Part shown: positions 37,865 through 48,801 of the stretch, piece after piece
Layout: the number at the start of each line of letters is the position of its first letter
How positions within the stretch are numbered: the first letter of the stretch is position 1
Assembly: GCA_043228905.1 (NCBI GenBank)
Contig: JBHGNT010000004.1
Location: forward strand, 11,346,001 to 11,410,000
DNA length: 64,000 nt
DNA from: Azolla caroliniana
Taxonomy: Eukaryota; Plantae; Polypodiophyta
Direction: 5' to 3'
The notes under the pieces: generated by a model
Told to the model about the DNA's origin: nothing
Database searches by the model: none
The model's input: only the letters and a program-made list of their open reading frames with translations
Position numbers and translations under genes: made by a program

Positions 37865-38888
37865 CATGTGAGTAAAGGCCTCCTTGACATCATACACTCA
37901 GATGTATGGGAACCGGCTCAAACGCCGACGATCGGCGAATGCTGATTCTACGTCACCTTCATCCCGATGAAGAAGAAGAGTGAAGTGTTCTCCCACTTCC
38001 AAAAGCTCAAGGGCCAAGTCGAAAAAGAAACCGGTCGGCACATTCGATGCCTACGATTGGATGGAGGCAAGGAGTACTTCTCTGATGAATTCACCTCCTA
38101 CCTCCAAAGTGAAGGCATTCAGAGAGAATTCTCGTGCCAACACACACCCCAACAGAATGGAGTAGCCGAAAGGAAGAATCGGCAAATACTTGAGGTAAGC
38201 ACGCGGCATGATGCATGAGAAGCACATGCTGAACTTCTATTGGGCGAATGTGGTGTCGTAGTGTATTTCGTACACTACATGAAAAACTTATAAAGTAACG
38301 TTTTAGTAAATATGAAGAAATAGAAGAAAATGTCAAAATAAATAATACATGCATAGGGAAAGATTCGAACCTTGCACCTCCATGTTAATAATGTAATGTC
38401 TTACCATTACTCTAACATTTCATTAGTGTTAAAAAAGTAGATGTCCCATATAGAAAGTTAGTGCACGCTAGGATAAACTTTAATTAGAAGAAAACGCATG
38501 ATAAAAGCTACGCATGCACATGTAGCATGCATGAACACCATAATCGATAAAAACGCATCAAAATTAGAAAAAGTAGGATCACGTTAGAAAAAGTATAGAG
38601 TCTATCTATAGAAAAAGCATGGATTGTTAAGACTCTCTCATCACTATATAAGGATGGGGAGCACAACGTAAGGGGGTGTGAAATATTTGGAAATTGGATA
38701 TATTTCCTAAAACACCAATTAATAAAATATAATCGTGGGATTCACGAAGTTTTATATAATCTATCTCTTCCAATTTATGATAAATTGTTATTAGGATTCT
38801 AAATATTAATAAAACTGATAATCTATACTTGTGGGATTCACAAGTTTTTAATATCCCTCTTTTAATCCAAATTCATATTCTTATAATC

Positions 38889-38953
38889 TAGGTAAGGGAA
38901 GTCGACAAAACAGATCCGTAACTTCGGGAAAAGGATTGGCTCTGAGGGTTGGG
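38889..38953 (+). rRNA. About 65-bp fragment of nuclear 25S/28S rRNA (not a functional gene)
   Basis: TAGGTAAGGGAAGTCGACAAAACAGATCCGTAACTTCGGGAAAAGGATTGGCTCTGAGGG matches a conserved LSU rRNA segment (from recall). Confidence 0.85.
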
Positions 38954-38961
38954 TCAGCATA

Positions 38962-40221
38962 ATGATGATGATGATTGTGCAGATGCAACAAGAACAACGT
39001 GCGATGTCGGAGATGAAGTTGGCAGTAGAGCGGCTTGTGCAACGAAATGGGCAATTCAACGGAAATGATGTATCACACTATCTACGTGACTACAAAGCAA
39101 AGATGATGCGATGTGGGATACCGGAAGGATTGCAAGTGATATCCTTCAGTCCGGTAGCCACGAATGAGTTACAAGAAAGAATCTACAAGATACGGCAACA
39201 AAATCCAACATGGGGGTCCTTTGAAGAAGCTTTACGAGAGACATATGACTACGAGAGATCGAAGGGACGAGATCGGCGAGAGTTAGATGAATGGGTGGCA
39301 TCGGAGAAGACCCACCGAAGTGCAACGCAAGCATTCCTAGAGTTCGAGCATTGTTTTGCTCGACTCTTAGAGCAGGAACAACGATTGGTGGGGGAGGATA
39401 AAGTCCTAATGTTCATGAAGTCGATTGATCGGAAAGAAAGGATGGACAACGGGATCGAACTCGAAGATGATGATGACGGTGCAAATGGCCTTACCGAGGA
39501 TTGGGCTGAAGTCAAAAGAGTATGCCGAAGACATGATAAGAGGAAGATGAGAATATCGTCGGCAACAACATGGCCTATGAGGGATGATCGATTAAGGATA
39601 AACGATGTGGCTGATACGAAGGCCAAAATACAATATGATGGGATCACGGGAGAGAGTGTGGAACAAGACACCCTCTTTTCTTGCGAAAGAACGATGGCGA
39701 AGGATAAGGCCGATAATCTAAGAGTGGCGAACACCACTTCAAGTGTAGAAGAAGATTTCGGGATACGAGTGTTCGAGACATCGGATGAGAAAGAGGTAAG
39801 CATAATAGATTCTTTCATAATTGATGGAGATAAAGAGTGCGAGGCAGACTTGATTAAGGAGGTCGCTGCAAAAGATTACATCGAATCAGAGGTGGCTATG
39901 GACGAAGTGGATGGCCGTATGAAGACTTTCCCACCACTAGTTCTAGAGACTTCGGCAGTTGCGTTCGAAAGACAACGTGAGACCGAAGAGATGGAAGGTG
40001 GCGGAGAGGAAACAAAGTTTGAATCTGATGCATATGACGGAGAGATAGCCAAGAAGGTGGCTATGGGTGAAACAACGGAGAACGATAATACCGAGGATTC
40101 CTGCCCACTGATCCTAGAGATTTCGACGGTTGTGTTTGAGAAGCAACGTGAGACAGAAGAGACGGGAGGTGGCGGCAAGAAAGGTAAAGTCGGAAGCCGG
40201 TTCCGATGGAAGATGATCTAG
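38962..40221 (+). CDS. Gag-derived ORF with an acidic C-terminal half
   Basis: QRNGQFNG.DVS.YLRDY gag motif, then D/E-rich sequence with duplicated PL.LE.S.V.FE.QRETEE. Confidence 0.7.
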   Translation: MMMMIVQMQQEQRAMSEMKLAVERLVQRNGQFNGNDVSHYLRDYKAKMMRCGIPEGLQVISFSPVATNELQERIYKIRQQNPTWGSFEEALRETYDYERSKGRDRRELDEWVASEKTHRSATQAFLEFEHCFARLLEQEQRLVGEDKVLMFMKSIDRKERMDNGIELEDDDDGANGLTEDWAEVKRVCRRHDKRKMRISSATTWPMRDDRLRINDVADTKAKIQYDGITGESVEQDTLFSCERTMAKDKADNLRVANTTSSVEEDFGIRVFETSDEKEVSIIDSFIIDGDKECEADLIKEVAAKDYIESEVAMDEVDGRMKTFPPLVLETSAVAFERQRETEEMEGGGEETKFESDAYDGEIAKKVAMGETTENDNTEDSCPLILEISTVVFEKQRETEETGGGGKKGKVGSRFRWKMI

Positions 40222-43128
40222 ACGGAATTCCGATCCGAAAGAAAGCCGACCCAAAAGGGGGTCGACTCGGTTAAAACTGATCCACCGAGTCCGATTCGGC
40301 CGAACGCGAATACGGATGGAAGCCGACCTAGTCGAAAGCCAATCGGACGAGACCGATCCGGAAAGAAGCTAATCCGACTCAGTCGGAGGTTGAACCGGTC
40401 GAGGCCGGTGAACACATGGAAAAGAAAGCCAACCGAAACCGAAACCGAAACCGATAAATCGAACCCGACCCGGACGGGGGCCAACTCGGTTGAAACCGAT
40501 CAACCAAGTCCGATTCGGCCGAATGTGAATCTGATCGGAAGCCGATCAAACCGAAAACCGATCAAATGAGAACAATCTGGAAAGAAGGTAATCCGACTCA
40601 AATGGAGGTCGAAGCAATCGAGATCAGTGAACATGAGGAAGAGGCCAAACAGGCACACTACCACAGACAACAAGGGCCAAGCGGATTTGAACGGTGTTAC
40701 CAAGGATGAGATCTCGACAAAGGAGGGCTAGAACATGAAGATTGTCAACTCTAATGCGAGATTATATGACAAAGGTGGACAATGTGGGAAGCATGGCACA
40801 TGCACAAGACATGAAGGGTTATGCACAAGAGGATCACGAGGAACCGTGACAACCGGCCATGGCCATGCAAACAGTGAACTAAGACTATGGTGGATCGGAT
40901 GGTGACAATGGTTCGGGTGGAAGAATGGATATGCTCAAAATGGAGAGACAAAGCTGACATAGCGAGAGAAACGGAGGGTACAACAAGTAATGAAGAATTT
41001 CGAGGGCCGGTAACCGGAGACCGGACAGAGCCAACAATCGAACAGAACCGGAAACCGGGCGGAGCCGGCAACCAAAAATCGGCGACCAAACGGGGCCAGC
41101 AACCAAACACGACCGACGACGAAACCAACCGGACGGAGACCGGTTTCGTGCCTTACGGTTCCGGATCGTTGCGTGAGTCGGGTGGGAACCGCTGGGGTTT
41201 TGGACTAGGAGGAAAGAAAATTCTAAGGCAATTAAGAATATGAAATATATTGTAAGAAAGAAAGATATGAAAAACTCGTGAATCCCACGATTATATTATA
41301 TTAATCAACCCTTGTAAAATAATCAACAACCTCTATACATCTTTCTCTCTTCCTTATATAGTGTTGGAAGAGTCTAAGTTTATCACGTGCAAGCATCATG
41401 CTTTTCCTATCTTTAGTTTTCATGCACACTGCATGTGCATGATTAGCTTTCTATCTCATCTTTTCTTTTAACTCGAGTGTCTATGCATGAATAACTTTTT
41501 GTACCATGCATGTCTAGAATATTTACATGGGATAAAGTTTAGTATAACTTTAAAATTCATAATACGCTAGTATAATGATAAGGCTTAACATTATTAACAT
41601 GGAGGTGCAAGGTTCGAATCTTGCCCTATGCATGTAATATATAATTTTATACTTTCTTCTATTTACAAATATGTCTCTTCATCTGGTGAGAGACTCTCAC
41701 CGGCCTCCTTCATCCGGTTCTCGCCGGTTTTCTTTATCCAATTCTTACCGGATCCTCCTTACCGGTCCTCTTCGTCCGTTTCTCACCGACTCTCACTGGC
41801 CTTCTTCATCCGGCTCTTGCCGGGTCTCCTTACCAGTTTCGGTCCTTAGTGGTTCTTCCTTCCGGTTCTCACTGGGTACTCCATATCCTATCCGGAGAAA
41901 CCAAAAATGTAATTTTTCACGTAGTGTGCGAATTACACTACGACACTCGCCCCCTTCGAACCCGCACATCCTCCGGTATGTGCCGAAGTCTCCGATGATT
42001 GCTATTCACCTTCATCAGAAGCTTCCTCCAATTCTCCCCTTAAGTCGACTATGAGTTGTAATCCACTTTCCTCGCTTTCCGCATCACCGCGATCTTCGTT
42101 CGATTGCTCCTTCTTGTCGGTCTTGTCTAGGATCACATAGGGTTCTTCTTCAATCCGCTTCTTAAAAATCTTCACCCGTTTCCCGGCTATAGGCACTCGT
42201 AGCATCGTTCCATCCAACTCGTATAGTCGGTAAGTTCCGTTGTCGAAATCTTTCCGAACCTCGTATGGCCTGAACCACCTTTTCGCGAACTTCCGCATCG
42301 GTGTATGTTGATGATCCAAACTACTGTCGTAGACAATCACCCAATCTCCTTCTTCAATCTTCCGTGGTCGTAGTCGGTGCTTTGTGTCGAACCGGCTTTT
42401 ATTCCGGAATCGCGCTTCTTGTTGTCGGCGTTGTCGTGCCCTTTGGCTCCGGATCGTTGCGTGAGTCGGGTGGGAACCGCCGAGGTTTTTGACTAGGAGG
42501 AAGAAGAATACAACTTAAGGCTAGTTATGAATAGTGGAAAGAGAAGTAAGATAGCAATCTCGTGAATCCCACGAGTTTAGTGTAATTAAAACAATATTTA
42601 GATTATAAGAGCAATTTTGATGGCAAAATTCGTGAATCCCACGAATATATTAGATTGATCAATTCTTCTATATTAATCAACAACCTTATACATATTTCTC
42701 TCCTCCTTATATAAAGATGGAAGAGGCTAAGCATGGCTTCATGCTTTTTCACCTAAAGTGTCCATGCACACTAAATGTGCATGTGATGCTTTGTCATTTC
42801 CTAAATATAGGGCTCATGCACGCTAGATGTGCATGAGTTACTTTTAATGTCACGTGTAAATAAAATATTCACACTCTAAAGAATACATGATTTTTACCTT
42901 TTAATAAAGGTATGTGTAAATAAAGGTCTTATACGTATTAAATCTATATTTAAAACACTAAAGATAAGTTATTACAATGGTAAAGTTGGGGTTTATCTAC
43001 GTGGAGGTGCATGGTTCGAATCCTGCCCTATGCACGTGATAAATTCTTTTGATATATTATTTATCTAGTTATATGTATCTAAAATCGGATATATTATTTT
43101 ATGGTTTTCACATAGTGTGTGGAATACA

Positions 43129-46100
43129 CTACGACACTCGCCCCCTCCGAACCCGCACATCCTCCGGTATGTGCCGAAGTTCTCGACTCCCCATATCCAT
43201 CTTCGCCCAAGCTTCCTCCGATTCTCCCCTTATGTCGACTATGAGTTGTAATTCACTTTCTTCGCTTCCCGCATCACCGTGGTCTTCGTCCAATTGCTCC
43301 TCGTTGTCGGCCTTGGCTTGGATCACATAGGGTTTGTCGTCGGTCCGCTTCTTGAAAATCTTCACCCGCTTCCCGGCTATAGGCACTCGTAGTATTGTTC
43401 CATCCAACTCGGACAGTCGGTACGTTCCGTTGTCGAAGACTTTCCGAACCTCGTATGGCCTGAACCACCTTTTCACGAATTTCCGCATCGTTGTATGTTG
43501 ATGGTCCAAACTACTGTCATAGACGATCACCCAGTCTCCTTCTTCAATCCTCCTCGGTCGTAGTCGGTGCTTTGTGTCGAACCGGCTTTTGTTCCTTAAT
43601 CGTGCTTCTTGTTGTCGGCGTATTGCTTCCGCTATGTCTGCCGGTCTTCCCTCTAGTTGTCGTATCCGGACCGCTAGTAGTTCTTCCCGGCTCATCTCTT
43701 CCTTCCACGGTAGCACTGTCCATGTTGCGATCGCGGTTTCCGTCGGCATTACCGGTGCTTGTCCGGTCATGAGTTCTGCCGGCATGTAACCGGTTATGGA
43801 ACTATGTGTCGTCCGATCCGCCCATAGTGCATACGGAAGCATCTGCGGCCAGTCCTTCACCTTTCCATCGCATGCCTTCGCAAGTGCTTTCACGATCGGA
43901 CTATGTCCTCGTTCGATTTTCCCGTTGGCCTCCGGATTGTATGCCGTTGTCAGCGATAACCGAACTCCGTGTTTAGCGAAGAATCCCCTAGCTTTGTCCG
44001 AGTCGAGTTCTCCCCGGTCCGCAATCACTTGTCCTACGCACCCGTACCTGCAAAATACTTCCTCCAAAAGAAATTGGCATACCGCGGAACACGTTTTCCT
44101 TTGAAGCGCTTGACCTTCTACTTCATTCGTGAGATCTTCCCGAGCTAATACCAAGTATTTCTTTTGTCCGATCCCGATCGGCATGGCCACTATGTCAACC
44201 ATCCACTTGAAGTTGATTGTCGGTGAGAATGTCGGATGTAACTCATCTCGATGTCGAACCCCGGAGTAGACTTGACATTTCTCGCAGCTTTCCGTGAACT
44301 CCGCGACATCTTTGTACATTTTCTTCCACCAATATTTTTGCTTGATCTTCACAAATGTTGCCCATGTTCCTCGGTGTCCAGCCCAATCGGATTCGTGAAA
44401 CTCGGACATTATCCGGTTTCGTTGCGCTTTTGTCCCGACTACTCGAAGTGGTATACAATCCGGTCTTTTCGGCGCCCTCCATATTAATCCGTTTTCCAAG
44501 AAGAACTTTTGGACTTGTCTCTTCTTCCTTCGGATCTCGGCTCTTCTTCCTTTATCGTTTGTTGAATCCTCGGCCTCTTGTAACATCTTCCCGATCATCA
44601 AGCTTTCTCCCTCGTATTCTTCTTCCCGGAATTCCCAGATTACGTTTACTCGGCATATGTGCTCCGACGCGAAGTAGTCTTCGGAAACTTCTTCATTATC
44701 CGATTCGGTTATGTCGTCTCCGAACCGAGCCCTTGATAACATATCCGCTACCGCGTTGTCCTTCCCCGAGATGTGTCGAACCTCCGGATTAAGCGACTTG
44801 ACATATGTAACCCACCTTAGCATAGCTACATCCGGTATCGTACAACACCGCATCATCCCGAGTATCGGAAGACAATCCGTCTCGATCACCACTTCGGCTC
44901 CGATCAAATAATCCCGATCCGATTTTATCGCCGACACGACTCCCCACAGTTCTCTTTTGACTTGCGCATATCCACGTTGCCTTTCGTTGAGAACCTTTGC
45001 TCCGAATCGGATCGGATACCGCGAACCATCCGAGTCGGCTTGATTGATGACCCACCCGATACCGGTTGGACTTGTATCAACCGTTACTATGATCGGTCGG
45101 TCATAGCTCGGTTTCTTAAGTGCTTCCGCCCTCCGAAGTGTCTTCTTCAATTTCTTCATGGCTTTGGTGTGTTCCGGTTTCCATTCGAATTTCTTACCTT
45201 TCCGCAACAAGTGGTAGAGTGGATCCGCTATATGTGCATAGTGCGGAATCCATATGTGATAGAATGCACATGCACCGAGAAACCTTCGGACTTCGGATGT
45301 TGACTCGCATACTTCCTCCATAGCTTGAATCGCATCGATCTTTGTTGGTGACGGTCTTCGGCCGTAGGGCCCACATAGATGTCCGACCAACAATATTTCT
45401 TCTTGCCCGAATGCCGATTTCTCCCTGGAAAGAGTTAGGTGCACATCTTCTAGCTTTCGCAACACTTTCTCGCAAGCATGAATATGGTCGACCACGAACT
45501 TTCGGCATCCCCGATCATCCATAGTCTCATCTTTTTCTTCGACCGCGCATCCTTTCATCGGAATGTCATCGAGGAACGGCATCGTTATCTCCGGAATGCA
45601 GTCTCGAAGCACCTTGTTCATCGCGTTCATCATATGAGCAACCGAGTTTGTCGCTCCTTGTGGTAGTGTGCACATTCGGACTAATCCTATCGGTGTTCGC
45701 ATGGTTGTGATGTCTCGGCTCTCCACGGCTAGTTGGAATTGGTCATACCCCGAGTATAGGTCTCCGATGGAGTATATCGCACGACCGGCAAAAGCTTCCG
45801 CAAATTCGTCCACTATCGGACCGACTCCCGAGTTCCGGATCGTGACCTTATTCACCGGTTGCAAGTCTTGGATAAATCAGAGTGACCCATTCTTCTTCGG
45901 AACCGTAAACCATCGATTTGAGTACGGAGCAGTTGATGGCTCTAGAATCCCCATTGCCACCTTCTCCTTGAGCAAGTCAATGAATTTCGGAATATGCGCT
46001 CGTGGCACTGGAATCGGCTTCAGATTCCACGGTACATGGTCAATCGTAAAGATCACCATCGGCTCCACTATTCTCGGATCGACGCACCCTATCTCCCTTG

Positions 46101-46734
46101 ATGTAAATGCAAACGCTTTGCCGTGTTGCTCCAACATCTCGCGAAACCGTTCTTCTTCTTTCTGTAATAGGAACCCATCTCCACCGATCCGAAGTTTCTT
46201 CCGGGTCTCATCCGTGAAGGCATGTCCGATATCCACGGACTTTCGAAGTGTCGGATCTCCTGAGACTTCTTTCCTCTTTTGTTCGCTATCAGCGGGTAGT
46301 GGTCCCGCGGCCGGTTTCACCTTCTTCTCCACGGTCTTGTATTTCGTACTTACCATTGCTTCTTCTTTACGGAGCGTATCCGGCTCCATTTTCGCAATGA
46401 TCTCGTACATCTCGACCGATTCCACCGGGACTACCCGGTTCCCTTGGCTTTTATCTTCCGCAAGTTCTTCAAGTCGTTGTAGCGTGGTCCCATAGAACAC
46501 TTCTTCGACTATCCCCACGATTTCTTCATCTTCTTTTATTATTGATGCCGACCGCAACTTATCCTCCACTTGTCGGTATCCTTTCTTCAATCTTCCGGTT
46601 ACGGTCGTGTACGTAGATGCCCCATCCGGACCGATTCGTACATGTTTTGCTCCGAGAGTTTTCTTCATGTGTGGGGTATCAGGGCTTCTCGGACTATCAC
46701 TTCCCCACTCCGCAACAGTCCGCTTTAAAAATCC
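43129..46734 (-). pseudogene. pol (RT-RNase H-integrase) of copy B, one premature stop at 45877
   Basis: DLYSGY, LPQGATNS, FLDD, VDTS, ETDC, H..H/CEKC, ADRGE, NGKIER. Confidence 0.93.
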
Positions 46735-48766
46735 ATTCTCACTTGGGACAAGAGTTCCCTCTTGTTCCTTTCGTGATTTGCCGGCACCGTTAGGAATTGG
46801 ACGGATTTCCCACCGTTTTGGCTCCGAATTCGCGCAAAAGCCGCACCGCTATCGAGCACCTTCGTCTCCATCCGTGATGCCGTGATAAAGGGTTGGCCGA
46901 GGATGACGGAATGTGAAACCTCATCTTGCACGAAGAAATTTTGGTCAATCTCGACATCCCCGATTTTCACCGTCACATCCGGACAAGCCGCAAATAGATC
47001 TTCCGTTGCTTTGGTGGCCGCCCGAATCTTCCATCCATGGTTGGTGTTAATAGGCCACTTCCCCTTCCGGTAGAACTCCTTGGACATCAAGTTGATCTCC
47101 TATCCGTGATCAATCAATGCTAGCATGGGTTCTTTGATGTTGCCGATTCGGACCGGAGTCTCCGTAGTCGCGCGTGCCCAATGTGGCCTTGTATAGTGGG
47201 AGTTCGGAATTTCGTCCTCCACTTCGGTGTCGTTCATTAAAACGGTGTTCGCATTCACCCTTGGAGCATTTTCCTCTGTACTTTGTCTTTTTCGCTTCAC
47301 GAGATCCACGAGAAGATCGTGGAACTCCTTCTTTGCTATTCCGAGTAGCTCCCGAAGCGAAAAATCTACCCGGCTATCCAAGATTCTTTCCTCGAACACT
47401 CTTTTCAAGTCGGTTTGTTGTTCTATGTCCGAGGCGAGCTTGAATGCCGGAGTCGCCTTTTCTTTTCCCTTACCTCCGGAGTTCCAGCTTTCCGGTATCT
47501 TCGATGGACCGACCGCATCCTCCGTTCGTCGTCGTTTCTCGTCCACATACACCTTATGCAATTGACACAGGGCGTATACGCTATTCTTGTCGACATGGCA
47601 CTCCCATCCCGTAGCTTCCCGGACGCCTTCCGCGGTGCTTCGGATCTCGTTAGAGTCGGTTTTCTCGGTGTTTTCTAGAACTTCCGGCCAAAAAGACGTC
47701 TTTGCTCTCGATGACTCCCCGACACATATTCCCGCGGTTGTCGCATAGTTGCTTCTTGCCGCCAATTCCTCCTCGAGCACCTTCTTCATGCCGCCTTTCC
47801 GGAAGTTCGGTCGGAGTGGCTTCCGAGAGTCCATCGAATGAATCCGGTTTCCCTCGTAGTAGATGAGATCCCGCCGTAGCGCCTCCTTATGCTCGTCGCA
47901 ATCCCTCCGATCGTGTTCGGCGCTATCGCACCATATGCACCGTCGGTCCGTATACTTGGAGCTTGTGGGGCAGTCATCCGACTTCTTCACCATCGCGATC
48001 TTCAGATTCTCCATCTCCTTCAATAGTTGCTCCACCGTAGATGCATCAATCGCCTTCTCGGTTGTAGTCTCTCGAGCCCTCAGTTGATGGTCTTCCAATC
48101 CGGTTCTCGGTTTCGGAATCGGTTCCGAAACCCTCTTTTCCTCGTCGGCAAGCCATTGCCCCCTCTTCGTGTATCGCACGACGATATCCCGCACGCTTTC
48201 CCATGTTTCGGTGAGGCCGCTCTCCGTGGTCGTGTCCTCCAAGAGCACTCCGAGAACTTCCGGTCCCGGACGTCCACGGCTCGCAAGAACATGATCACCT
48301 TGTCCGGTACGAGTATAGCTTGATCTCTCGCGCACAACCTCCCGAACCGGCTTTCGAATGCCGAAAACACATCAACGACCTTCAATCCCTTGTCCGGCGT
48401 CTCCACCCAGTCTTCGAATCACCTTCGCGTCGCCTTGGAGGAATCCTCGATGGTGAACGCCCTCTTTAGCTCTACTTCAAATGCCTCCCATGTCGGATTT
48501 TGCTGTTGTAGCCCATGGATGCTTGCTTGAAGCCCGTCGGTCGCCACCCGGTTGAAGGACGTCACTTGCAGTCCTTCCGATATTCCGCACCATAGCATCT
48601 CCGCCTTGTAATCCCGAAGATACCGCGACACGTCTTTCCCGTTGAATTGCCCGTTTCGTTGCACGAGCCGCTCCACTGATGCTGCTATCTCCGACATCGC
48701 GCGTTGTTCTTGTAGCATGCGCTCGAACATCATCATCATGTTGCTAGCCTCCGGTTGATATTCCAT
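46725..48766 (-). pseudogene. gag-protease of copy B (stops and one frameshift)
   Basis: CIWCDSAEHDRRDC knuckle, ALIDHG* protease site, ILGQPF. Confidence 0.9.
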
Positions 48767-48784
48767 CTCCTTGCCACCCGGACT

Positions 48785-48801
48785 TCACCTCGGGTTCACC
48801 A
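48785..48801 (-). promoter_or_regulatory. Primer-binding site, tRNA-Trp
   Basis: TGGTGAACCCGAGGTGA matches the complement of the plant tRNA-Trp 3' end (TGGTGAACCCGACGTGA, from recall) at 16/17. Confidence 0.8.

Larger units (their letters stand above)
33001..38253 (+). mobile_element. Copia-2 (degenerate): LTR 33001-33441, iMet PBS 33442-33453, gag-PR-INT from 33612; interrupted twice
   Basis: TGGTATTAGAGC PBS, gag KTPKEAW, protease WFVDSGASYHM, LWHKRIDH, HSDVW, LDGGKEY, NGVAERKNR. Confidence 0.9.
38254..41143 (+). mobile_element. Gypsy copy D: partial 5' LTR (38254-38888), rRNA fragment, gag-derived ORF; partner LTR piece at about 62004-62451
   Basis: TGTCGTAGTG start. Gag N-terminus matches 48419-48766. 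62004-62451 matches about 38395-38840. Confidence 0.8.

Noticed and set aside
38889-38953. rDNA locus
   Set aside because: Only about 65 bp, flanked by retroelement sequence.
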